A program made the translations under genes and the position numbers. Below are positions 38,598 to 50,701 of a DNA stretch of 64,000 nucleotides, in pieces. Under the pieces are notes generated by a model. The model did not search any database. It saw only the letters and a list, made by a program, of their open reading frames with translations, and was not told where the DNA came from. The stretch is from Zancudomyces culisetae HAW-14-8. Lineage: Eukaryota; Fungi; Kickxellomycota. Position 1 is the first letter of the stretch; the number at the start of each line of letters is the position of its first letter. The stretch spans positions 248,001-312,000 of the forward strand of contig JBNJNM010000010.1 of assembly GCA_052426225.1 (NCBI GenBank), in the 5' to 3' direction.

Positions 38598-39548
38598 ATG
38601 TTTGCCAGATCAATTAGCCGCACTTTGCGAAAGGGCCTCGCAATCAACTCACTAAATAAACCAAATCTTTTGAACTCGCTTTACCAGAAAAATGCTGCAA
38701 AGCTTTACTATTCTTCTTTCCGTGATGTAGAACACATGGACGATTCAGCATTGTACCAGCTTACAACCGAAGAAACTGTCAGCAATCTTGTTCAAAATGC
38801 TTCAATCAACACCAAACCTGCGGTCAGCAAATATGTTTTGAACTGCTTTATGCAGGATGAGCCTGGAATCCTGGCACGCTGTGCTGGAATTATGGCAGCG
38901 CGTGGGTATAATATCGATTCTTTGGTGGTTGCAAAGACCGAGGTCTTGGGTCTTAGTAGAATGACGATTACTATTAAAGGCGCAGAAAGCCAAATGATCC
39001 AGGCCCAAAAGGAGCTTGAGGAAATTCCACAAATTTGGGCAGTTGTCAATCTGACTGGTTCAAAAGTTGTAGCGAGAGAAATACTTTTGGCAAAGGTTTC
39101 ACTTATTGGACCTGATTTCAAACTTGATGGGGCAAATTCGCACACCCCTCGAGCGCCATCAAGCACCAATGACGCGGAAAAGACTACCGAAACAGAGAAT
39201 ATTTCAACAAGCGACACAGAAAACAACGGAGCTGATAATAGCGATATCTATCAAATGGTTCTCGACTCTAGCAAGCGGCTAAGCTACTTGAAGGAAATTA
39301 CTTCACTTTACAATGCAAAGATAGTTGATGTGGGTGCAGATTCTGCAGTTGTTGAACTAAGCGCAAAGCCTTCTATTGTTAATGCTTTTATGAGTCTTAT
39401 AGAGCCATTTGGAATATTTGAAGCCGCAAGATCCGGCCAAATTGTAATGTCCAGAACCGCTAAATTGTCTTTCTTTAGCGATGGCGTCTCAGCGCAAGCT
39501 GAAGATGACGTAAAAGATGTTGATTTGTCACACCTTCCTCCTAGCTAA
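38598..39548 (+). CDS. ILV6: AHAS regulatory (small) subunit, copy A; intronless CDS
   Basis: ACT domain LNCFMQDEPGILARCAGIMAARGYNIDSLVV...LSRMTI, REILLAKVSL, PFGIFEAARSG and C-terminal SHLPPS. Confidence 0.95.
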   Translation: MFARSISRTLRKGLAINSLNKPNLLNSLYQKNAAKLYYSSFRDVEHMDDSALYQLTTEETVSNLVQNASINTKPAVSKYVLNCFMQDEPGILARCAGIMAARGYNIDSLVVAKTEVLGLSRMTITIKGAESQMIQAQKELEEIPQIWAVVNLTGSKVVAREILLAKVSLIGPDFKLDGANSHTPRAPSSTNDAEKTTETENISTSDTENNGADNSDIYQMVLDSSKRLSYLKEITSLYNAKIVDVGADSAVVELSAKPSIVNAFMSLIEPFGIFEAARSGQIVMSRTAKLSFFSDGVSAQAEDDVKDVDLSHLPPS

Positions 39549-42500
39549 TCTGTTTTTTTTTAAAAAACAACTATTCAAACTTTACATAAATCATGGGCAT
39601 TACCTATGTTTCTCTGAGTGCCTTTTTTTTCCTCTCCTCAAAGAATAAAAACACATTGTAGTACAAAGCGGCGTTGTTCACCAACAGTCGGTTTATCGGC
39701 TGGTCAGCGGTTTGTAAAAAAAAATATAACAGGCGTATAAGGCAGCACGAGTACCAAGTTTTATCATGCTCAGGCATTCATTCAGGGAAGTGCATGCTTT
39801 ATAGTAGTGACTTAATCCATTATATCTCTTTTGTTTTTTTTTAAGATGATAGACTTTGCTGTTTAGCAACAAAAAAATGAAAAAGTGAAGTAATAAAAAG
39901 TAAATGTTCAGATGGCAGTGATATCGATAGAGCTACATGGTGTATCTGCGACATAGTGGTACATTGGCTATCTGTAAAAATACCTGCTTAATACTCAACT
40001 GAGAGCTTATGTTTTGGATATTGGGTATCATAGCTGATTACTGAAGCCCATGTATTAAAAAAAAGGGAATTTAGACTAAGTATGTTAATACCAACCGATG
40101 ATCAAAGTGCTGTATTTTGGCAGTTCTAGAACTCTAGACTAATGTGTGTTTAATAATATGGTTAATGAGCATAATAAGATAATATTAAGATAAAAAATAG
40201 ACGTTAGGGAAAAGCTAATTTGTGTGATTGTTTCCTAAATCACTAAGAACACACGTGACTAAAACACTTTTTGTGCACCCAGGTCGCAAATAGTGATGTG
40301 AAAAAAAAAACGTATTACAAAAATTATGGCGATTTCATTTATATCATCTAAAGAAATGGTCAGTATTTGCAATGCTGAAAAAGGACGTGATGTGGTGACA
40401 AATATCATTTTAGAAACAAACTGTAGAGTGGTATTTAATTTAAATGATGTCAGGTTATTAAGTGCTGTGAGGGAATTTTCCCTGGGTGTGCTGTACATTA
40501 AAAACCAAATATGTGTTAATTTCGTCATTGGCAATACTAACTTGGGTAACACTAACTTGGGATTAGAATAGACATTTATATAACTGCAATTCTCCAAAGG
40601 CACAAACATACATATAAACATATATTGGCTATTACGGCGCCATTACCCCGTGTTTTTTGATCTCAATCGCAACCTCAATGTTTACTACAGATGTATTTAA
40701 CAGGACTATGGTTTTTTACGTTGACCCGGAGAAAGCATGAGAAACAGCTATTGCATAGGATCAAGTAGTATTCATGTCTTTGGAAGAGTACTCCAAAAAT
40801 CTTGGAGGGGGTGGGGTGGGGTTACTTCAGGTAAAGGTAATGGAGTTTGAAGTTGAAATTTAGGCCGCTATTACATTGTTGAAATTGAAATAAATGTAGT
40901 TTACATGAACAGGTTGATTGCTAGCATGTTTTTTAATGGGATGGGGATGTTTGATTACAGAATAAATGGTTTATGTGGAAATACAAGTAAACAAAGGGAG
41001 GGAATAAATTTATTTAACATACATACTCCGTTATGAAACCAATGAATAAAAAAAACCAAGTGACTGCAAAGGTACTTGGTTAAAAACACATTACTATGTC
41101 CTTTGCATCCTTGATTTTTGCTACTTTAGTAAATTAGTATTGTTACATGGTAGGTAGTTTATACAAACAAATGTTTAAAAATATAATCGTGTTAGCAGTG
41201 TGCGGTAACAATAGAGCACTGAAAGTTTTCCACTCGAATGAATAAAACTCCCTTGATATTACGAGTACAGACACGTGTGGGAAAGAAAAACAAAGAGAAA
41301 AAGAGTTAAAAGAAGAGAGGGGAGAATAAAAGGGGGAAAGTACCATATATATTGTTAAAAATATAAGAACACAAGACGATATATGACTAAACGAGTTTTT
41401 TCGCTGAGCATTCAGTCAAGTGCAATATTTTGACTAAAGTTCTCTTTATTTAAAAAAAGAAATAACAGAAGGATAATTGCAGGATTGAATAACGTAGCTA
41501 TTAAAAAATGAATTAGCAAATAAACATAAACAGCCCTGGGAGGTGATCGTTTTTTCTGTAAAAAATAGAGCCAAGAAGTCACAAAGACCTGGGAATAAAT
41601 GCCTTAAATACACGCAAGAGGATTTTGAAATTATGAGTGGGGATAAGAAAAAAACCGTTATGAGAAAATTATAGTAATTGTTATTACACCCGAAAAATAA
41701 TAAAAACAGATGATGTGGTTAAAAGGGAGGGGAAGGTTGTTTGTATGGAACTTTGAAATAAGATATGAATATTGAGGTACATGAAGGTCTTGAGATAAAC
41801 AGGTGTTAAGTGTAAACAAAAAAAAAGTTCATGCCGTTTTGGTGGCTGGAATGGGAACCTTTATCTTTGTTTGGTGTATCAGGAAAATTAAAAAAAAAAT
41901 AATATGTCCACTTTTCCCTTTTTTATTGTGTTTAACATTTTCTGATTCAATGTATCCAGTATGTTTACACTCACTTCCAATTGTTACAAAAAAAAAATAT
42001 TTCTTGGGTGGTGAGAATAAAAAAATGATGTATTACAGGGTAAAAATGTAGTCCGGTGTTGTGTTATGGTGAGAAAGATAATGCGTGTATTTTCACCTGT
42101 TCCCGTTTAATGTGAAGAGACAGGTCCGTTGAAGCGAGAGGGATAAATACTGCAAAAATGTAAAAGGGAGGGCTAGTGCTGCTGTTAGATTGTACTATTC
42201 CAAGAAAATCGAGTTTCGGGAATAAGCACAGCAAAATTCTAACTGCATTAGACGTCAAAAATGTTTAGCATCAAAAAGAACAATTTTCTAAGCTTGTATT
42301 CATTATGTACATTCTCTAGAACAATTAACTTGGAGTATAAATGAATTATGACGCTGTTCCTTTTGTTGACATAATCCAGAAAAATATAACGACATAAATG
42401 GTTGTTAATTGTCTTTTCTTTTTTTGAGGAGGGGCTAACAAATACAGTTAATTGAATAACCATTATTTTATAGTTCATTTTAGTATTAACATTATTTTAT

Positions 42501-42854
42501 GTACAAGTCTAACCATAGTACAGCTGATACGAATAGGTGGTATAATTTAATAACAGGTTTAAACCAACACTAGGTTTAGTGTCACAACTCATAAAATAAA
42601 ATAATAAAAGTATAAAAGGCGGCTCATCGATCAGGACGTACTAAAAATCAATATGTTAAAGAGCAGCCAGTTTAAGAAAAGTTCAACTACAAAAGAATTT
42701 TAATATACAAACAAAAGCCAGTATACAAGTAATTCATATGATACTTGGAGTAACCAAGCAAAAAAACAAAAAAGCTAAAAGATAGCAAATAAACAATAGG
42801 CAAAAAAAGTCATCAAAAAAGCATATAAAACTTACTATCAACATAGCTATACCG

Positions 42855-44937
42855 ATGTTGGGAGAGTTAGTGAAAAGACAGCAAACAAAAACCAAAAAGC
42901 TGGAAACCAAGAATAGGTTTGAGAAAAAAAAGGTTGCAGAGTGTGACAAAACAGACAGAAGTGGAGGAGGACACAATGGTAAGAACAACATTCCTTACAT
43001 AAAAACCTACCCAGTATGTGTGATGTTCTCAGAATGGTTACAATAATCTATTATATTTGTAATTATTTCAAGTATTTAATATTTTGGCAATATAATTAAT
43101 AGGTGGATCAACAAAGCACATACCATGTAGATTTTATAGATTAGGGGCCTGTACTGCAGGTGATAACTGTTTATTTTCACACAATTTGGAGATGTTTACA
43201 GAGAAACAAATTTGCACATACTATTTAAAAAGCACATGCAAGTACGGTAGCAGCTGTGCCTTGCTTCATCCGCAACAACCTTTAGAACACAATGAGTTGA
43301 TGTTGGAAAAATACGCCGCAGCCGAACAAACAAAAGTTTCCAGTATTGAAAATGTGATCCGAAACAAGAATACCATCCAAAAAAATGAATTCAGAAACAG
43401 TGGATCGTGGAATATGGAAGGTGATAGAAAAAAATACTGGAAGAGAATGAGTCAAGGATCGGAAAAAGGAGATAGTAACAGAGGTATGGCTGGGTTCACA
43501 TGGAGCGTACAAAATGATAGTGGGTGGACTGAGGATAGAAATGGGTATTCTAGTAATGGGTATAGTGAGAACCCTAACAGCAAGGATAATAATTCTATTA
43601 AAATGTACAATACGTTCAAAAATTTAAACGTTCCAGAAGGCGGAATGAGGACTATAAACAATGCAAATGTACACTCAAAGCTGGCCGAGTGTTTAAATTT
43701 TGACCAAAGGAATGGAGGTATTTCAAGAAATCAATTACACTATTCCTTAGACTTAACACCTTTTCCAACGAGCTCGTGGTATTTTGAAAACAAAATTTCC
43801 GGTTTACAGTCAGCTAGAACGCCGCAAATGTATGATGCAGGAATACAACCTAAACTTCATTCGCCACAAACGCGTCCACAATCCCTTTCGTTTTCACATT
43901 CGAGTACACAAGCTGATACAGAGTTTGGTACGCCAAGCTTTAGGAACAGTACCAATAATCGTTCAGGTTATTCTCAGGATGAACCTGCATGCTCATATAT
44001 TTTACCTCAATCTCTGGTAGATTTATTTAAACCTCTTGGTAATGATAATTGCAACAACACAGTAAATAATAAGAGAAATTCTGTTCTACCAAACTCGGGT
44101 CATTCATCTTATCGCAAAAGCCATACCCCTGAAATCGAGAGCTTCCAGTCAAGAAACAAAAAATACACGGGATCATCAGATATTGTTTGCAACCACAACC
44201 TACCAATTGACAATTTTGACATTAAAAGCAGGAGCTCCAAGCGTATTAGTCTTAATAAAAACAATCTGGAAGTTAAGTCTCCAAATACGCGACCTATAAG
44301 CGTGGTAATACAACCTTTGGCTTCTCGGGAACACACTGAGACATCAAGTGTAGGGAGTGAGAATGTTTATAATATATTTTCTGACAATTTCCGTTATTCG
44401 CCACCATCTTCGCCTATTTTTACAGCTCGAAATAGCGGAAATAGCCTACTCGAAAAAAATAGTAATAACCGTTCTATCAACAGAATTTTGGCGCTAGATG
44501 CACTAAATGGAAAAGGATGTCAAAGTGATAAAAAAACTGGGCTTTCAAGTTTCGAAAGCGGTGGTTTACAATTCGGCAGCACAAGTAATTATGATATCCT
44601 GCCACCGAAAAGCGAGTATTCTTCATACAGCCAAAGTCAAAGCCAAAACCAGAATCAAAACCAAAGTCAAAGTCTGCTTTTGGAGGCTGCTGATGACTAC
44701 AACGCTTGCTATTCGTTACATTACACTCACAGAAATTTCCAAAATACGTACGGTGTTCTGGGCAGTACGCCTACTACCGACTCGTCTGAGAACGAGAACA
44801 GTCGTTTTAAGAACTTTTTACAAACCTATCAAGTATCCCAACAGCCACAGACAGATACTAGCTATTTCACACAAAAACGCTTTACTGATGAATTCAGTGG
44901 CAGTGTACTTGGTATCCAAAGTAGCAATTCTGGCTAG
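42855..44937 (+). CDS. Tandem CCCH zinc-finger protein (Lee1/Cps3-like), 2 exons (42855-42978, 43103-44937)
   Basis: The spliced product gives KHIPCRFYRLGACTAGDNCLFSH and ICTYYLKSTCKYGSSCALLH, then an S/N-rich tail containing ILPQSLVDLF. The first finger lies upstream of the ORF-track start. Confidence 0.85.
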
Positions 44938-45362
44938 ACCAGCAAGACTTATAAAATATGTACTACACACTTTGAATTAAATGTCAATTTTAGCCTTTTT
45001 TTTGCCAATAACTTTTTATTTTATTTCTTTAAAAACTTATTTGTTGTACTGTATATTTAACGATTAACAATTCAGATATGTACAAAAAATGTCTATACTC
45101 ACACAAAAGCGTGTATTGCTATCCATGATTTTGGTTCATTGTATGATGTATTGATGTAGGTTTGTAATAACAATGCTAATAAAATCATGCTGAGAAATAC
45201 CATTTTAACCGACACGGTTTATAACAAAAGCTGTTTCTCAGGCAAAAAAGCATTTAACCACTAAACTAACAGTAATAATAAAATTACGGCAGTTGTGTTT
45301 CTAAAAGATGTATAATGAACTGAAAAAATAAAATAGAGGGGATAATCAGTAAAAAAAAACAA

Positions 45363-48300
45363 CTAAGTATCGTTGGATTTCTCATGCACCATTGCAATGT
45401 ATTTATGATATTCCAATCCATTTCGCTTATGCCAAGAAACAGGCGCCTTTGTAAAAAAGTTTGAATGGAAAGCGCAGATTTCATCAATACTACTCAATAT
45501 AGGTTGAATTTCTGCAGTCTGAGTAGATAATACATTTTTAATCCGCGTTTCTATGTTTTGTAGTCGGGCTTGGGTTGTGTCATCATTATCTGTTATATTA
45601 GATTATCATATAAGTTAGGTTGTTTGTATCGATGAGACTTCATTTGACCCAGGGCTGGGTATGGTTGAGTAAGACTTGAAAATTCCAATAATCATTAACA
45701 TAGACATGATTGAGTAAAAGTGCGTTTATCCTACCTAATGATACATGCTGGAATATGCCGGACAGTTGGGTTGGTTGATTTATATTATCCATCCTTGACC
45801 ACCCTTCAAGTTTCAACTTTTCAATAGCAGACTTATCTATGTTTTTAGAGGCCCATTCTATAGTACAACACTCAGATATGAACATTATTAATCAATCTGT
45901 ACTTACATTGGCTTTCAAATTTGTTTGAATATTCCGATTCAAGACTTTTTAGAGCGGTATTCATCAAAGTGGTGAAAAAATCTATTATAGTCGTTTGAAA
46001 CCATTAACGTAAGAAGGGTCACAACTTGGTGAACTTAAAAAATGTGTTTGCCGCCGAGCACAAATAATGAATATGGTGTTAGTTTACCGTCAGCTGTAAT
46101 GCGCATTAGCTCATAATGATTGGCTTTATTTAGCTATTGAGTATGAACCAAATGTGAAAAATAAATATTTTTATATACCCAAAAGACATAAATCTCGGAG
46201 AGAGGGTTTATATAGGGATCTGGAGTAGCCATGAGGGTAAAAATTGCAATTAAATATCAACCTAAATGCAGATCAATAAAAATATTAAGAAGGTGGGCTT
46301 ACCTCGCAAGTCAATATACCTGTTGACAGGAAAACTGAATTTTCTCTAAGGTGGATCATATGTTTTACAAAAACTGTTTAGTTTTACATAAAGGGAGAGT
46401 AGAGAGAAGGACAAAAAAAGGTATTAACGATTTGCTTACTTTATCCTGGGCTTATCAAACAGCTGCTTGAAATCTTTACTTTCAAGTGCCTCAACTAGAT
46501 CTTGACCTGTTCCTTCATAATACTTTAGATTGGTTATCAAATTGCTAGCGTTTTTTTTTAGTCTTTCTTCTTCCAGAGGCCAGTTCTAGTAGTTTTTGTA
46601 GAGTAAATAAATATTTATTTTCCTCTATAAACTTTTATCGCAGTTGTATTAAAGCTTAAAAAATCCGATAATAGATACATACTGTGGGAACGCTATCAAA
46701 CCAAACTGAAATATCCCCAACTCAAAAGAGATACTTACAAGATTAACTATATCCATCATTTTTTGTTTATATGCGAGTATATCATCCACATATTCTTTAA
46801 CGCAGAGTCCTGTTGCCTAATGTATGGTAGATGGTTTAACCCAAAGAACAAATAGAAAGTAACAATCAGATAAAATGATTCAAGACTTACTTGTTGCACT
46901 TCGTGGTACTTTGACATATTTAGTTCGATCTGTACAGTATATTCATCAAGTTCCTTGAATCCACGTTTATCAAGAGCTTTATCCCCGCCAATATTAAGCA
47001 TGAGCGATTTTCTTCGTGCAAGAATGTAAACCAAGCTTACAATCTTGGTTCTATTATTACATTCAATCGAAACTTAACATCTATAAACAAGGTGCAAGAG
47101 ATGCCTCGAGAGTATAACCAAAAGGAAAGGAGTACAGGTAATCTTCAGTTACCTTATCTCTGATACAGAGTATGCTATATCTTGCAAGACCATTTGATTA
47201 TAAATCCGATCGATTTCTAACCAAAATCGGTTTTCTTTTTTTTTGTTAATTGAGATCAGCTTGTTAAGGTTAGAGTATTGATCGATATGTACCAGGTGTG
47301 CGTCCTAAACAAGAATTTTTTTTTTAAAAAAAAGATTATTTACCATCCAACGAATAGTTAAACACCCACACTTCATTCTCCCCATATAGGATAGTCAATG
47401 TTTGAGTATATAATGAAACACAAGTACCGAGAAAATATATCTCACTCACTTTTAGGCTGTTCGCTAGGTTTAGTATATGATTTCCCTTTAAAAAGTTAAT
47501 CCTGTCCACATTCCTATATCCAAGAATAAGAAAGTTAAGCATGGGCGTTTAAGCTTGTCGACCAACACAATTGTTCTGGGTAAAGTGGGTTGCTTACGTG
47601 TAATATTCGGTATCTCTTCGAGAGAGCTTGTTGTTAAGCGTCCCAATACCATTCGTTAGATCTATCAGCGCGAGTTCCCTTTCCTTTTTTCTTCTATAAA
47701 TTTCATGGCGAGTAAAAGACACATGCTATTAGATTATTTTGCTTATTTTTGATCGTTTTGGCAATGCAAACGTGGTGCTGTAACGCCTGTCATACTTACT
47801 CATTAATGGTACCGTTAGTTCGCCTTAGCTCAGAGTTTAGTTTTTGCAGCTCACATAGTTCTTTTACGGAAAAGTCGGCATGCTTCGTGTCAACCATTTT
47901 TTTAGCCCTTTTAGCTCTGAGTCTCTCTTTTACTATCTGGATCCGGTTTTCTATGTTGTTTGAAATTGAATTTAAATTATGCTTTCTCACTCATTAATCT
48001 TGGTGTTTATCCACCCACTTCAATTTAAGTGATATAGGCTAAACTCTTGATTTTTGATATTACCCATATCATGGATTCTGTTTTCCAGAGCCTGGTTCCG
48101 CTTTATTGTACTGATCACACTTTCGTGTAAGTCACACCTTTCTTTTCTATACGCTTCCAGTTGCTTATATCCAGCGACATACTTGTTGTTTCGTATTTTT
48201 TCATTCTCTCTTAGCTCGGTGTTTACAAATCTTTGAGAATTAGAGGATACCATTGTAAGTGCAACGTAAAGTGGTTGTGTATAACATCCATAGTCTTTTC

Positions 48301-48753
48301 TTTGTTTAGCTACCATAAAAGCAAATATGTACCTACCGATGTTGTCTTTGGCGCATCATCTTTATTTCACTAGAAACATACATATCAAAGTTACATTTAG
48401 CCATACTTTTTCCAAGTCATTAAAACACATATCGTTGGTATCCCAAATACCTACCTTTCGGCTTTGAAATGCCTTGCAGCTAAGAGTAAAGTTCGTTTTA
48501 ATTCTCCTTTCATTAATCTGTAGACAGACAGTAATAAAATACATGTGTTATTCATACTTCTTTGAACAGCACAAACGTCTAGTTGTTTGTAAACCCACGT
48601 TTAACATGATTACCTGCTAACATCTTCTTCGTCGACCCTCTCGTTTCCTTCGATTTCAAAAATAGCCCTGCTCTTTCTATATTCAAGTTCACGGTCCACC
48701 CACTGTGTTACCAATTTGACATGCTCTAAATCTTTGTTTTCCATCGTATCCAT
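45363..48753 (-). CDS. Multi-exon coiled-coil protein resembling augmin subunit HAUS5
   Basis: Exons 48753-48614, 48517-48455, 48369-48337, 48230-48064 and 47950-47800 splice in phase to WVDRELEYR...VSRLMKGELKRTLLLAARHFKAESEIKMMRQR. The last exon ends ...VSWHKRNGLEYHKYIAMVHEKSNDT*. Both ends resemble HAUS5 termini as I recall them. Middle exons were not fully resolved. Confidence 0.6.
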
Positions 48754-49371
48754 CAGATTTAATTTGTTCAAGTCACTTTGCCAGTCTTTTTTTTTCTGCT
48801 GAGCTAGTTAGCGTTATTTCTGAGTGTTCCTTTTCCAAGTTTGTTTATATTCTCGTTTTAACTATTTTAGTACCTCAAAAAAGGGTAGTGTTTCCTATAT
48901 TACGTTTAAAAAGTGGTAGATTCCCACGATTAATGACAAAGAACTACGCTCTATTCTGGGTGTCCTAAAGAGTTTGCTCAATAAGCACTAGTATATTTCT
49001 GCTATATAAATTGAACATTCTAATGAATTTATTATCGGATTTTTTTGATTTTAACTTTGTGTTGCCTTAAAATCGAAATTTATTGGACTGTAGTATTTAT
49101 CAGTATTTTATTTGCTATTCAAAACAAGTAAAAAAAAAGCAGAAAGGAATATTGGTTTTGTAATTCTCGTTTTTTTTCGATTTTCAAAACATTTATGAAA
49201 TGTGAATTAAGAAATAGTTGAGCTTGCTCTACTTTGAAATATATATCAAATATTTTACTTGCAATACATTTCCAACTTTTAGGATATTTGAACGACTTAT
49301 TGGGGACTATCGGGACCGATTCTAATAAGCACACATTATAAATTTGCCTGTATCACTTAAAAGCATCCGAC

Positions 49372-50095
49372 ATGTCTAGCAACAAAATTTTGCAAGACAA
49401 GTACAGACATCAGGCCTATCCTATCGCGGCCGAGTACATGTCTGAGATTGAGGAGGCATTCAACTTGTTTGACGGAGATAAGGACGGGAGATTGGATTTC
49501 TATGAATTCAAGGTACTGAAAAGGATTTAAATATACATTTCTTAGTTTGTATATATTCAAATGTTTACTTTTTATTTATTTAAAAATAACAAGTATAGCA
49601 TATTAGAGCATTTGTGTCGATGCATTTTTAGGCTAAAAGCATTTCAATACCATGTTATAGGTGGCAATGAGAGCTTTGGGCTTTGATGTAAAAAAAAACG
49701 AAATTTTAAAGATACTAGAACGGCTTGATCCCGAAAACAAAACGAGCATTTCAAACGCAGACTTTGTTGCATTGATGGTTGAAAAAATATCACAGAGGGA
49801 TCCCCGAGAGGAGTACAGAAAGGCGTTTAGGCTATTTGATTCAGAAAACAAAGGGTATATCAGTTCAGATGACTTGGAGATGGTGGCTCGGGAATTAGGC
49901 GAGAACTTATCAAAAAGTGAAATTGAATCTATGATTAAGGAATTTGATTTGGATGAAGACGGAAAAAGTAAGTTTCTATATTTCAAATGTATTTCTGTAT
50001 ACTGGCCATTCAATAATGTATTATTTGCATTTTTTTACTTAGTTAACGAGGAGGAGTTTATCAACATTATGACAGGAAATTTTAGCGCCTTTTAG
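49372..50095 (+). CDS. CDC31: Centrin (Cdc31/CETN3 type), 3 exons (49372-49512, 49661-49967, 50043-50095)
   Basis: [59 protein letters not shown] and MIKEFDLDEDGKINEEEF. Confidence 0.93.
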
Positions 50096-50701
50096 TCAGC
50101 TGTTACATACAGAAACCTTGGAATGTTTATATATATTTTTTACTTCACTTGGCCAGCATTACTTGTTTGATTCAATTTTTACTCTAGCGTTGTTAGGAGT
50201 TAGGGGTAGATGATGTGCTTTTTGGTATTTTCTATTGGCATGTAATAAATGTACTTATAACTATGCCTTACTGCAGGGCACAAGATTAATGGTAGTATAA
50301 TTGAAACTGGCGAGTTACTCCGCTCATGTCCATGGGATAAGTTTTGTTGAGGAGACTTCAAGCACTGAGGGTAGGTGTGAGTATCGTTCACTTTGGAATA
50401 TTGTGGGCTGATTTTTTTTGATTGAATATGGCACAATGGTTTTGTTATGATCCAAGGTATTTTCGGGTATAAAAATAAAGAATTGGCATCAAATCTCGGA
50501 CCTGTTTTTGCCAAAACATTTACTAATCCAATTTAGCATTTTTCTTTTGCAAAGTTAAACTGAAAATAAAGGGAAAGTAATAGAATCTGAAGCGCTATAG
50601 CTATAGTCTACTTATACAACAAGACTCAATATTCCAAAGGCTGTTGTTTTAAAGAATTTAGACAGGTTAGACAGGAAGTTTCCAAGTAAGCTCTAAAAAA
50701 A

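Noticed and set aside
40534-40561. Two-copy direct repeat ACTAACTTGGG inside short ORFs 40259-40621 and 40326-40571
   Set aside because: A simple tandem duplication with no spacers; the ORFs show no homology or splice support.
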